From NCBI GenBank assembly GCA_051003195.1, contig JBPCLP010000041.1:12494-76493 (forward strand): DNA of 64,000 nucleotides. Reading direction: 5' to 3'. The position numbers and the translations under genes are program-made. Below the pieces are notes generated by a model. It searched no databases. It saw only the letters and a program-made list of their open reading frames with translations, and was not told where the DNA came from. Source of the DNA: Candidatus Sumerlaeaceae bacterium. Its GTDB lineage: Bacteria; Sumerlaeota; Sumerlaeia; Sumerlaeales; Sumerlaeaceae. Below are positions 1 through 9,643 of this stretch, one piece after another. Positions within the stretch are counted from its first letter, which is position 1. Every line of letters starts with the position of its first letter.

Positions 1-1
1 C

Positions 2-439
2 CTGGATGGTGAAACCAGGGGACTGGCGCAGCGTCTGCTTTCAGCTCTCATCCGGGCGATGGATGCCGACCGCGGTGTAGTCGTCTATAAGGACGACTCG
101 GAAGGCGGCCTGACGCTGGCGGCAATCGTGCCCGGTGACCGGGACGTCGCAGTGAATCGCGTTGTGCTCCGCAGCACGTTGCGTGAGGGCAAAGCTATCT
201 TGTGCAATGACGCTCAACGTGACAGCCGTTTCAGCAGCACAGAGACTGTCAAAAAAGACCGGATCTCCAGCCTGATGGCCTATCCCATTTCGAGGCAGAA
301 CCAGGTTCAGGGGCTTGTATACATCGACACGGTTGATAATCCCGGTGCATTCCGTCGCGAGCAGTTGCATGTTCTTGCGTTTGTTGCAAGTCTGCTCTCC
401 CTTACAACGAGTTTGGCGTCGTGCCCTGTTCGTGCGTAA
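2..439 (+). CDS. GAF-domain protein, C-terminal part (5' end outside window)
   Basis: Frame open from window start; GAF-like text (ILCNDAQRDSRF...SSLMAYPI...GLVYID...FRREQLHVL). Confidence 0.7.
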   Translation: MDGETRGLAQRLLSALIRAMDADRGVVVYKDDSEGGLTLAAIVPGDRDVAVNRVVLRSTLREGKAILCNDAQRDSRFSSTETVKKDRISSLMAYPISRQNQVQGLVYIDTVDNPGAFRREQLHVLAFVASLLSLTTSLASCPVRA

Positions 440-458
440 GGCACTAATGTAGAATTGC

Positions 459-1748
459 ATGCCAAGCCTATTCGCGCCTTCCCTTAGAACGGCTGCCGTT
501 GTAAGTACCGGAACAGAAATTCTCCAGGGACTCTACCCCGATTCGAATGCATGGTACCTATCGCAACAACTTACTTCCATTGGCGTTCGCGTCGTTGCGA
601 TACTTACGGGGCCGGACGACGAGACTATTCTCCATCAAATCCTGGAACATGCGCAAAAACTCGCAGATATCGTAATAATTACAGGCGGGCTTGGGCCGAC
701 CGAAGACGACGTTAACCGGTTCGTGTTAGCGCGGCTGTGGAATGTTACGTTGAAGAAAGATGCGCTGGCAGTGGCGATGATGCGACAGCGGTTTGAGGTA
801 CGTGGCCAAGGTGAAATGCCTGAAAGCAATGAAGTGCAGGCACTTGTGCCAGATATGAGTGAGGTTTTCTATAACGAATGGGGTACGGCACCGGGCTTCT
901 ATATACCGCCGACAACAGTATATCCTGCGCTAATGGCGTTGCCGGGTCCTCCCAAAGAAATGCAGCCGATGTTCGAACAGAATGGGCTCCCGTTGCTGCG
1001 GCGATTTGTTGCTGGAAAGGTGTTTTTACGCACTCGCACTTTACACACGTACGGTTCATCGGAATCGTCGGTAAACGACCGATGCAGGGATTTGTTTCAT
1101 GCGGATCCGCATGTGGGAATGACAATTCTTGCAAAGCCATATGGAGTGGATCTGCGGATTAGCGCGTCTGCGGATTCCGAGGTGCAGGTAGATGCGCTTC
1201 TACAGAGTTTCGAGCAGAACATCCGGCAGAGAGTGGACGCCTCCGAAATCTACGGCGTTGATGATGAAACCATGCAGAGTGCCGTGGCGGCACTCCTGGT
1301 GAAAAACGGGATCACGATTGCAGCTGCAGAGTCCTGCACTGGTGGGTTGATAGCAAAGCTGCTGACTGATATTCCTGGCAGCTCGGCCTATCTTCGGCAG
1401 AGCCACATAGTTTACGCGGATGAGGCAAAAATCTCTGTGGTGGGAGTACAGCCACAGACCCTCGAGCAATTTGGAGCGGTGAGTGAACAGGTGGCGACTG
1501 AGTTGGCCGACGGAGTTCGGCGGTTAGCGGGCAGTAGTATTGGGATCGGCGTCACCGGGATTGCCGGGCCTTCGGGTGGAACATTAGACAAGCCAGTCGG
1601 ACTGACCTACATTGCGCTCTCGGATGCAGCTGGCTCTTTGGTGCGCAAGTACCAGTTCCCTGGTGATCGCGAGCTTAACCGCGTATCAGCCGCACAATCC
1701 GCATTTTTGCTTCTGCGAAACCGGCTTCTAACTCTTAGCGCTTCTTAA
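459..1748 (+). CDS. cinA: Competence/damage-inducible protein CinA (MoCF-binding-like domain plus PncC NMN deamidase domain)
   Basis: GTEILQG...DSNA, TGGLGPTEDD, LPGPPKEM, AAAESCTGG, GVTGIAGP motifs. Confidence 0.93.
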   Translation: MPSLFAPSLRTAAVVSTGTEILQGLYPDSNAWYLSQQLTSIGVRVVAILTGPDDETILHQILEHAQKLADIVIITGGLGPTEDDVNRFVLARLWNVTLKKDALAVAMMRQRFEVRGQGEMPESNEVQALVPDMSEVFYNEWGTAPGFYIPPTTVYPALMALPGPPKEMQPMFEQNGLPLLRRFVAGKVFLRTRTLHTYGSSESSVNDRCRDLFHADPHVGMTILAKPYGVDLRISASADSEVQVDALLQSFEQNIRQRVDASEIYGVDDETMQSAVAALLVKNGITIAAAESCTGGLIAKLLTDIPGSSAYLRQSHIVYADEAKISVVGVQPQTLEQFGAVSEQVATELADGVRRLAGSSIGIGVTGIAGPSGGTLDKPVGLTYIALSDAAGSLVRKYQFPGDRELNRVSAAQSAFLLLRNRLLTLSAS

Positions 1749-4369
1749 TAGACCGTATCGAGATCGTTATCTTCTTCCGGCAAAGTTGCTTCAGCTACTT
1801 TGCCGAAGGGCATCCCTTCCGGCGCTATTTTTCTAAACAGCGCGTCCAGTGCATATTTCAGATCGCGCGCGGACTGGAATCGATCCGCGGGATTCTTTTC
1901 GAGGCATTTCATGATGATGTCACTCAGTTCTGCCGGTACCGCATCGTTGTGCTCCCTGGGCGGGCTTGGTGGCATGTTTACCTGCTGGTAAGCAATATCG
2001 CCACTGATGAACGGAGGCATTCCCAAAAGCCATTCATACAAAATAATCCCGGCGGAGTAAAGATCCGCGCGCCCGTCAAGCTTACCACCCTGGACCTGTT
2101 CAGGTGCCATATAACGAGGTGTACCGATCACCGCGCCGGTGGGAGTAAACGTCGCCTCTTCAATGTGCACGATGCCAAAGTCCGTAATTTTCGCGACGTG
2201 ATCTTTCCCTACCAGGATGTTGTCGGGTTTAATATCGCGGTGAATGATGCCCTTGGAGTGAGTCACGTGAAGTGCGTCGCAAATCTGCGATGTATAATAC
2301 AACGCCTCTTTGATACGCTCCTGGAAACTTCGTGAGGGATTGACGAAATACTCCTCAAATAACTCGCGCAGGGAAGGCCCTTCCACATATTCCATGCTGA
2401 TGTAGCTCTGGTGTGTTTGCTGATTAATGTTATAATCGTAAATGTTAACAATGTTGCGGTGGTTAAGTGTCGCTGCAATGCGGGCCTCACGAAAGAATCG
2501 CTCAATAGCTTTGCTGGAATTTGCCAGGCCTTCGCGTAAAATCTTCATCGCGACAGCCTTCCCGAGCTTGTTGTCTATGACCTTATGGACAACCCCCATG
2601 CCGCCGCTTCCGATTTTCTCAACATACTTATAGCGGCCAATCGCCATGTCTCCAATCAGATCGCGCATCTTGGCATCGATACCAAGCTGATTCGTGCCTT
2701 CTGAAAACTGCGTGCGGAGCATTGCGATTCGCTCGGTCACATCACGGTAGGAATCGTCGACGTCCGCAATCGTGCGCAGGAGCGACAATGCTTCGGCCAA
2801 ACGCTTTCGATCAACCATGATCAGGTGCAGGTCGTAGAGATTTTCGAGATCCATTTCTGAGACCGGCATCGCCTGGAATGCTTCCACGGCCGGGGTAAAG
2901 CTGCGACGCTTCATATAAGCGACTGCAAGACACCTGGTCGCTTCAACGTTTGTCTCAGGAAATTGCGAAGCATGTTTATACTCGGCTATAGCGCTGTCGA
3001 TCTGCTCACATGCCAGGTACAGATCACCGCTGCGCAGGCGTAACTCGGGTAGATTTGGGTTTCTCTCAAGAATCGCATCGTACACGATACGCAACTTGTC
3101 GCGCGCGATCGGGTCATCCTGTCGGCGTTCCAGGATTAAATCGTAAAATTGAGAAGCGCGGTAGAAATCCTGCTTGTTCAGATAATACTGTGCAATAAAA
3201 TGCAGATCGTCGAGATGATCCTGTTTTACGAGGGGGAGCAACTCGACAATCTTTGCCAGCACGAAGGCGTCCTCTTTGTAGCCCAGCCGCAACACCTTGG
3301 TATAGTTAGCGAGTGCCAGATCGTATCGCCGGTTTGAAAAATTGAGTTCCGCCACCGCCAGTTCGGTGTGGATTTCCATTTCCTTTTCGCGGAGCGCCTT
3401 GGCCTCCTTGATTACAAGGTCGTTGTCGTTAATAAACTGCAGCAGGTAGACGGCAGTGTCGAGTTCCCCGATTTTCTCCAACTCGACCGTGATGCGGTTG
3501 AGAAGCTGCTTGTTCTCCTCGTCCACCGGTATCTTGGACAGGTAGTCAAATGCCCGGCGGTAATCCTGCATTTCGATCAGCAGCCCGGCTATGCGTTTTA
3601 CGAGCGCATAATTCTGGTTAACCGGAAACCTGACCCTTTCAAATGCCCGTAGCGCGGCACTTGTGTCTCCAATGAGCAGGTGCATCTCGGTGATATCCAT
3701 GATGAGCTGGTTCTGGGCATTGATGTTGGATTCAGTGTCGGCTGCCTGCTCCAGCAACTCGGTCAGCGCGTGCACGATTTCAGGATCCTGAAAACCGTTC
3801 GCGACCACTCCGCGATACAAGTGCATAGCCTGTTCCGTAAGGCCCAGGTTCCGATATAGTTTGGCGAAATACGCCTTCTCTGATGGCTGAAAAGTATGCA
3901 GCCTGCTTGCAAGTTCATAGCTCCGCACAATCAGGCGCTGATCAGGAAAGCCGTGCTTCACCGCATTCTCGTAAGCACCAATGGCAAACAGGATATTTCC
4001 GCGCATAAGGTGCAGGTCTCCAAGAGCGAAAAACAGGTCTGGAGAGTTTGGGATATCTTTCAGGTAGTCCTGCATGAGCACGATAACGCCGGAAAGACCT
4101 TCCTGGTCTATCAGTTCCGGGTCTGCTGCCTCCACTGTGAATCGCCGCAACTGCCGAAGGAAAACGCACAGGTTCAATGCACTTGCGTAGCGTGGCTCCC
4201 GCGGCGCAGCCATGGCTGCTTTCTCGTAAATTGTTTGAGTTCTGGCGCTCAGCAGTCCCCGGGAGTAGTACCCGTCCGCAAGGTCCTTTAAGAGCCCAAT
4301 ATCGAGGGGATTATCGGCAAAACGCTCTTCAAGGTCTGCAAGGTCGAGTGTGGGCGTAGTGGTAGACAT
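1745..4369 (-). CDS. Hanks-type Ser/Thr protein kinase with long N-terminal TPR-like helical region
   Basis: IGSGGMGVV, VAMK, HRDIKPDN, DFG, YMAPE in the C-terminal ~300 aa; helical repeats N-terminally; no obvious TM segment. Confidence 0.92.
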   Translation of the reverse strand: MSTTTPTLDLADLEERFADNPLDIGLLKDLADGYYSRGLLSARTQTIYEKAAMAAPREPRYASALNLCVFLRQLRRFTVEAADPELIDQEGLSGVIVLMQDYLKDIPNSPDLFFALGDLHLMRGNILFAIGAYENAVKHGFPDQRLIVRSYELASRLHTFQPSEKAYFAKLYRNLGLTEQAMHLYRGVVANGFQDPEIVHALTELLEQAADTESNINAQNQLIMDITEMHLLIGDTSAALRAFERVRFPVNQNYALVKRIAGLLIEMQDYRRAFDYLSKIPVDEENKQLLNRITVELEKIGELDTAVYLLQFINDNDLVIKEAKALREKEMEIHTELAVAELNFSNRRYDLALANYTKVLRLGYKEDAFVLAKIVELLPLVKQDHLDDLHFIAQYYLNKQDFYRASQFYDLILERRQDDPIARDKLRIVYDAILERNPNLPELRLRSGDLYLACEQIDSAIAEYKHASQFPETNVEATRCLAVAYMKRRSFTPAVEAFQAMPVSEMDLENLYDLHLIMVDRKRLAEALSLLRTIADVDDSYRDVTERIAMLRTQFSEGTNQLGIDAKMRDLIGDMAIGRYKYVEKIGSGGMGVVHKVIDNKLGKAVAMKILREGLANSSKAIERFFREARIAATLNHRNIVNIYDYNINQQTHQSYISMEYVEGPSLRELFEEYFVNPSRSFQERIKEALYYTSQICDALHVTHSKGIIHRDIKPDNILVGKDHVAKITDFGIVHIEEATFTPTGAVIGTPRYMAPEQVQGGKLDGRADLYSAGIILYEWLLGMPPFISGDIAYQQVNMPPSPPREHNDAVPAELSDIIMKCLEKNPADRFQSARDLKYALDALFRKIAPEGMPFGKVAEATLPEEDNDLDTVY

Positions 4370-4456
4370 CTTTACATGTCATACAACCTTCAGCATTGGC
4401 TTTAATGCAAACTCATTCCGCACCCTGGACCGGGTCACGACGATGCACATGTACAA

Positions 4457-5905
4457 TCAGGCGGACGCCAGGGGATAAGTCAGTGTGAACCGGCTGCCTT
4501 CTCCCGCCCGAGATTCAACCTTGATACGTCCGCCGGTGGCATTCAGGAGTATTTTGACTACGGAAAGGCCAATCCCCATGCCGCCGTACACGCGCTCGAG
4601 TCGAAAATCCACCTGGTAAAAATGGTCAAATATCCGCTGTAGATTTTCTTCGCGAATGCCGATACCACTATCGGCGATGACAATGTCGACATCGGTTCCC
4701 TGCTGCTGGAACTCAACGGTGACACGGCCCGGGGAGCTGGAAAACTTCAGAGCATTATCGAGCAGGTGAAACAGGATGCGCTCCAGGGCTGTCTCGTCGG
4801 CTATGATCAGCGGTACGCGGTCACGGATCACTGGCTCCACTTTTATCTGGCTGTTGCCCCGGCGCGTTTCGGCCTTGGGTGCCACCTTCAGGACGGCTGA
4901 AAGCGGGTCAATCGGGTGGACGGAGACATTCACCATCCCGCCTGCCTCAACTTCAGCTATTTCCAGCAGGTCGTTTACCATACTTTGCAAATTATTGGAG
5001 TGCTGGGACACGCGCCTTAACAAATCCAGCTGAGCCGGCACCATCTCGCCAACCTTGCCCTCGCTCAGCAAATGCACGAAACCGATGATTGAAGTCAAAG
5101 GTGTGCGTAGTTCGTGCGATACGATCGACAAAAAATTTGTTTTAAGCCGGTCTACTTCACGCAGACGTTCGGTTGTTTCTGTCAGTTCTGCAACAAGCTC
5201 CACATTGTCGAGAGTTACAGAAGCATGATTGAGCAGCCACTGAAAGTAGACGACGGATTCGGCTTCGGCGGGGCTGTTCTCGTACATCCTGTCCGCAACG
5301 ATGACCGCGTGCAGACCACGCTTTGTAATGAGTCGCCCGGCAATAAATGGTTCGGTGAATAGCGACTCGAGGCCGGCAACATTAACTTCGCCCGGCACAA
5401 AGAGAGTTGCCTGTGTCGCAGCGGAGGCCAGCTCGAGCACGTGGTCGCCCGATAGCGCGTCACGTTTCCAGGTCAGCTCACTAAATTTTGCATTCAGGCT
5501 GGTGCCCTGGTCCTGCCCTTGCAGAAGACCTATCCAGACTGCATGATAGCGCAAATCATCCAGCCTCTGCAAGACGCCAGGTTCGGGTGAATCGCGCTGC
5601 ATTTCCTGAAGCAACTCCTGCAACCTTAGCTCTTCCTCCAGCAGCTCCGCGCGCAGCCGATTGTGTTCTTCCTGGCTGGAAGGCCCGAGGGCCAATCGTC
5701 CGTTGAAGCTGCGAGATCGCTCATCATATCGTATGATAAATGCGCGAGAAAAGCCAAACGTGTTTGGCCCCAGCAGCAGACTCGCCATGATGATATAGAA
5801 ATCGTCCAGCTTTGAAGCTGAGCCCAGGGCAGTGTGAATCTGCTCAAGCAGGTAAAGCTCCTGCATGTGCCGGCCAGACGGCAGCCGTAAAGGGATAGAC
5901 GTCAC
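4457..5905 (-). CDS. Cytoplasmic sensor histidine kinase (GAF-like, HisKA, HATPase_c)
   Basis: SHELRTPLTSI H-box, NALKF, DSGIGI, GMGIGLS; GTG at 5905 overlaps the upstream stop (GTGA), ORF track extends to 5956. Confidence 0.9.
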   Translation of the reverse strand: MTSIPLRLPSGRHMQELYLLEQIHTALGSASKLDDFYIIMASLLLGPNTFGFSRAFIIRYDERSRSFNGRLALGPSSQEEHNRLRAELLEEELRLQELLQEMQRDSPEPGVLQRLDDLRYHAVWIGLLQGQDQGTSLNAKFSELTWKRDALSGDHVLELASAATQATLFVPGEVNVAGLESLFTEPFIAGRLITKRGLHAVIVADRMYENSPAEAESVVYFQWLLNHASVTLDNVELVAELTETTERLREVDRLKTNFLSIVSHELRTPLTSIIGFVHLLSEGKVGEMVPAQLDLLRRVSQHSNNLQSMVNDLLEIAEVEAGGMVNVSVHPIDPLSAVLKVAPKAETRRGNSQIKVEPVIRDRVPLIIADETALERILFHLLDNALKFSSSPGRVTVEFQQQGTDVDIVIADSGIGIREENLQRIFDHFYQVDFRLERVYGGMGIGLSVVKILLNATGGRIKVESRAGEGSRFTLTYPLASA

Positions 5906-6381
5906 TTCTGGCGGATCTTCATCAGCTCGACCGTAGTCCCGCCGCCGGGAGCGCAATGGACATCCACACGGTCCATAAACTTTTCCATCAGGAGAAATCC
6001 GAGCCCGCGAAAACGTTCGCGCGTATTATCCGCATAGTCCTCAACCGACTTCAGGGGCGAAGGATATTTCGGCACATTGCCATCGCCGTGGTCCACGATT
6101 CGGACCACCATCTGTTCCCCGGAGTAGCGGATCTCTACCAACAGATCATTCATCTTCGGACCTGCTGGCCGCTTATTGCTGTAGGCATGCTCAACCACAT
6201 TGGCACAGGCCTCATCCACGCAAATCTCGATTTCTGCCACCTGCGGCTCCGGGAAACACAGATGGCGCGCGACCGTGCACACGAACTCGCGCAATAGCCC
6301 CAGCATCGATCCATCCAGACGGCAACGCAGCTCAATCTGCGGCTGCTCTAGTGTGTTGAAATTACCCTGAGGATCTGACAT
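5902..6381 (-). CDS. Anti-sigma factor Ser kinase (RsbW/SpoIIAB-like)
   Basis: EICVDEACANVVEHAY, DHGDG, RGLGFLLMEKFMD; adjacent to STAS gene. Confidence 0.9.
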   Translation of the reverse strand: MSDPQGNFNTLEQPQIELRCRLDGSMLGLLREFVCTVARHLCFPEPQVAEIEICVDEACANVVEHAYSNKRPAGPKMNDLLVEIRYSGEQMVVRIVDHGDGNVPKYPSPLKSVEDYADNTRERFRGLGFLLMEKFMDRVDVHCAPGGGTTVELMKIRQK

Positions 6382-6395
6382 TCGGATGAGGCTTC

Positions 6396-6494
6396 CTAGT
6401 GTGGGCTACCGTTAATTCGCATTCGGTTCTGTGTGCCGAAGTGAGCTAATCTTCCGAGCTCAAACTGGAAAGGAACTTTGATTCGGCACACTAG
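6396..6494 (+). mobile_element. MITE-like repeat copy 1 (99 bp, CTAG-flanked)
   Basis: CTAGTGTG...CACACTAG ends; internal GTGTGCCGAA/TTCGGCACAC stem; right CTAG coincides with the STAS gene stop. Confidence 0.75.
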
Positions 6495-6856
6495 GACGAG
6501 CTCGCTTTCATTTTTTCAAGTGCTTCAGACTGTTCATGGGCGATCTTAAATATTTTAGTGAACCCTAGTCCATCGAGGATGGTGTAAACTTTAGGCGTGG
6601 GGCTCAGAAGCACCAGGTCGCCTCCGCCCTGTCCCAGTTTTCTGGCCAGTCCCATCATGGCGCCGATTCCCGCGCTCGAAATATAGCTCAACCCGCTGAT
6701 GTCCAGAATGACCCGCTTGTGGCCGGCGTCGACCGTTGTGTTTACGGCTTTTTCGAATTCGATTACCGTATGCGCATCGATGTAGCCGCGCAGGTCGAAT
6801 TGCACAATAGCAGCGTCGCCGTCTATATCATGACTTTCGAAGGTGAAAGCTTTCAT
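6491..6856 (-). CDS. STAS-domain anti-anti-sigma factor (RsbV/SpoIIAA-like)
   Basis: LRGYIDA, LDISGLSYISSAGIG phospho-Ser motif. Confidence 0.92.
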   Translation of the reverse strand: MKAFTFESHDIDGDAAIVQFDLRGYIDAHTVIEFEKAVNTTVDAGHKRVILDISGLSYISSAGIGAMMGLARKLGQGGGDLVLLSPTPKVYTILDGLGFTKIFKIAHEQSEALEKMKASSS

Positions 6857-6866
6857 CGTACCGCCT

Positions 6867-8354
6867 TTAAGCGCCTGCCGACTGCTGCAGTGCAGGCGCC
6901 GGCAAATTCGTGCTTACTTCTCCGCGATCAACTACTCGAAATACTACCATCGTAATATCATCGTGCTGAGGATGCCCTTTGGTAAAGCTACCTATATCGG
7001 TCAGTGTGTTTTCAATAATTTCCTGCGGTGTTTTCGTGTGATTCGCCGCAATAAGTCCGAAGAACCGCTGCTGCCCGTACTCATTTTCCGCATCGTCCAT
7101 TGCTTCAACGACACCATCCGTGTACATAATAGCAATATCGCCGGATTCCAAGGGTAAAACAGCCTCCTCCAGCATTCCAAACATGTCGGCTGACACCAGG
7201 CCCATGGCGATACCGTCTGGGGAGGAGAGGCGCACCGGACCCTCCACCGCTTTTGTGGTAACCAGCGGCTCGTGACCCGCGCGTGCAAATCGGAACGTTC
7301 TTTCCCTGGTGTCGAGAATTCCATAGGTCATCGTGACAAAGACGTTTTCCTTGGTATCAGCGTACACTCGTTCGTTGACCTTAACCATGACCTCGCGAGG
7401 GGAGAGATTGTCCTGCGCCATCGCTCGCATTGTACAGCGCACCACCGCCATAATTAAAGCGCCGGGAATTCCTTTGCCCGAAACGTCCGCTATAACGATC
7501 CCTAAGTATCGCTCGTTGTCATCGACCCAGAAGAAGTCGTAGTAGTCTCCGCCCACTTCCAGTGCGGGAGCGGAAAATGCCGCGATCTGGTAGCCTGGAG
7601 GTTGCGGGCAACTTGCCGGCAGCAGCATTCGCTGGAAATCATGCGCGACACGAAGCTCCTGCTCGATCCGTTGCTTTTCGGCAAGCTCGCTGTAGAGCTT
7701 CACCATCTCGACAGTGGATGCAGCCTGGTCGGCCAACGAAGCCAGCAGGTCCATCTCCTCGTCCGTAAACACACCAATGCCACGTTTGTTGACGACAGCG
7801 AGGACGCCGAGGATGCGCCCTCGTGCCTTGAGTGGCGCTACCATGATTGTCCGGATGGAGAGGCCGTCCGTGCCGGAATTTGGTACCCGCGGATCAGTGG
7901 TGGCATCGCGAATCAGTATCGGTTCACCCTTTTCGGCGACCTCGCCGATCACACCCTGCCCCAGCGGGATCCGCTCCCTTTTTACTCGCTCGCTCAGGTA
8001 CTTCTGTTTTGTCAGGACGTAATTGGTCGTTTGCATCAGCGGCGGGAACATCCCGTGTACCACGCGTGCGCTGAGGTGATTGTCATGCGGGTCCAACAGG
8101 AACGCTCCGCCTGCCTCCGCCTCAGTAAGGTCGACCACAAATTCCGTGATGATTTTCAGCGTGGGCTCAAGCGCCAGGTTTTCTTTTGTGAGGCGATCGC
8201 CGAGGTTATTGAGGAACATAAACACCGCTTTGCGCTCGCGGTAGTTCTTCTCGACCTGGGTAATCAGTTCACGCTCACGATTGCGCACACGAACAAGCCA
8301 GACCACCAGCGCGGTGATAATAGCCAAGTAAACAAATGCGGCGTATTGGGCCAT
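6867..8354 (-). CDS. Membrane-anchored GAF plus PP2C/SpoIIE phosphatase (RsbU-like)
   Basis: N-terminal TM helix, GAF domain, VGGDYYD, ADVSGKG, YTDGVVEA, HDDIT. Confidence 0.92.
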   Translation of the reverse strand: MAQYAAFVYLAIITALVVWLVRVRNRERELITQVEKNYRERKAVFMFLNNLGDRLTKENLALEPTLKIITEFVVDLTEAEAGGAFLLDPHDNHLSARVVHGMFPPLMQTTNYVLTKQKYLSERVKRERIPLGQGVIGEVAEKGEPILIRDATTDPRVPNSGTDGLSIRTIMVAPLKARGRILGVLAVVNKRGIGVFTDEEMDLLASLADQAASTVEMVKLYSELAEKQRIEQELRVAHDFQRMLLPASCPQPPGYQIAAFSAPALEVGGDYYDFFWVDDNERYLGIVIADVSGKGIPGALIMAVVRCTMRAMAQDNLSPREVMVKVNERVYADTKENVFVTMTYGILDTRERTFRFARAGHEPLVTTKAVEGPVRLSSPDGIAMGLVSADMFGMLEEAVLPLESGDIAIMYTDGVVEAMDDAENEYGQQRFFGLIAANHTKTPQEIIENTLTDIGSFTKGHPQHDDITMVVFRVVDRGEVSTNLPAPALQQSAGA

Positions 8355-8435
8355 TCGTCAGAAACCTACTTCAGCTGTAACTCGTACACGCGTCCCGCAA
8401 TGAAAAACCTACATCGTTTGTCCGGCGAATCGTGC

Positions 8436-9275
8436 TTACTTCAGCGTTCGAATTCTGCCGGCGCCCCACTGCTCAAGGAATGCAGCGGCAAGGTACGTAT
8501 AACCGCCGATGCCCGGATGTACACCGTCTACTATCACCAGGAGCGGTGGCGATTGCGCGCGTCCGGCTCGTAACGCCTTCAGCATTGGATTATACAAATC
8601 CACCACAGGCAGACCCCGAGCCTTGCCAACTTCGTGAATAAATCCGCTGTAATGCGAAAGCACATCGTTAAATCCTGCCTGGTCGAAACCAAGGGCTTCT
8701 GGCAGTAACACGGGGTCGATCACGGTTGTTGTGCAAAGCACCAGCCGCGCGGCCGGTAATTTCTGGTTCAGCAGATCAAGGAGGTGCGGATAGTTCACCT
8801 GGAAACTTGCGTAGCGTTGCTGAGTTTCGGGCAGCTCCCATGGCGAGCGGTACAGGGCATCATTTATGCCGAAGAAAACGACGACCACCGTGGGATTAAA
8901 AGGCACCAGGTCCGAATCGATGCGAGCTGCTCCATCGACGCTGCTGTTGCTGTCTACGCCGAATTGCGCAAAGGTCAATCCAAGCTCAGGTTGATGCAGA
9001 CGATAGTGATGCTCAATAATCGTGGGGTAAACATTGGCTCTCGTGAGGCTGTCCCCGAAAAAAGCAATACGGTCTCCAGCCCTTGGCTTGAATTTGCCAA
9101 ACTTGAAACTGCGCAGTGCAGACGCATTCTCCGTCGCTCCCACAGCGGCTTCGAATTCTTTCGCTCCTGAAACACTGCTGAAAAGTAAGCTCAATCCGGC
9201 AAATAGCAGACCCGTATAGCGTGTCACTTGCACCAAAACAGATGATCTAAATATCATAACAGAGTTATAGCGCAA
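8436..9275 (-). CDS. Secreted SGNH/GDSL-family hydrolase
   Basis: FFGDSLT, FGINDA, DGVHP blocks; signal-peptide-like N-terminus; start uncertain. Confidence 0.85.
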   Translation of the reverse strand: MRYNSVMIFRSSVLVQVTRYTGLLFAGLSLLFSSVSGAKEFEAAVGATENASALRSFKFGKFKPRAGDRIAFFGDSLTRANVYPTIIEHHYRLHQPELGLTFAQFGVDSNSSVDGAARIDSDLVPFNPTVVVVFFGINDALYRSPWELPETQQRYASFQVNYPHLLDLLNQKLPAARLVLCTTTVIDPVLLPEALGFDQAGFNDVLSHYSGFIHEVGKARGLPVVDLYNPMLKALRAGRAQSPPLLVIVDGVHPGIGGYTYLAAAFLEQWGAGRIRTLK

Positions 9276-9334
9276 ACCGCGGTAAACATGCGCGTTAAAT
9301 TCGGGAATTTTGAGTTCTCTATTACGGTTGCGCG

Positions 9335-9433
9335 CTGGTGTGGTCTACCGCTAGTTCGTAATTAGTTCTGTGTGCCGAATCGAGGGTACGTTTGCCCATC
9401 GCCTGGTTATGAACTACTGATTCGGCACACTGG
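9335..9433 (+). mobile_element. MITE-like repeat copy 2 (99 bp, CTGG-flanked)
   Basis: CTGG-TGTGGTCTACCG...TTCGGCACA-CTGG; same architecture as 6396-6494. Confidence 0.75.
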
Positions 9434-9630
9434 TGTGGTGTCCCCAGATTCGTTACATATTTTCGCTTTCTGGCGCCCCTTCAGGGCGCGAAACATGGGG
9501 TGCTGTAACCCAGGGCTGCATCGGCCACAAAAAGCCGTGGCCTCCTTACCCTGGGCTATGTTCCCCTGCACCTTTGGTGCAAAAAGATTCCGCCTGAATT
9601 CTGCGGCGGAGTTCAGGGACAGCACACTGG
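9430..9630 (+). mobile_element. Longer (201 bp) related element carrying a multi-hairpin REP-like core
   Basis: Ends TGTGGTGTCCC / GGGACAGCACA flanked by CTGG; core ~9445-9585 is repeated at ~49793-49932. Confidence 0.65.
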
Positions 9631-9643
9631 TGCATCTGCAGTT

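Noticed and set aside
7602..8573. 323-aa plus-strand ORF (similarly 27455-28501, 45034-45987, 58290-59195, 31595-32494, 14463-15290)
   Set aside because: Antisense or alternate-frame shadows of recognisable genes, expected in GC-rich DNA
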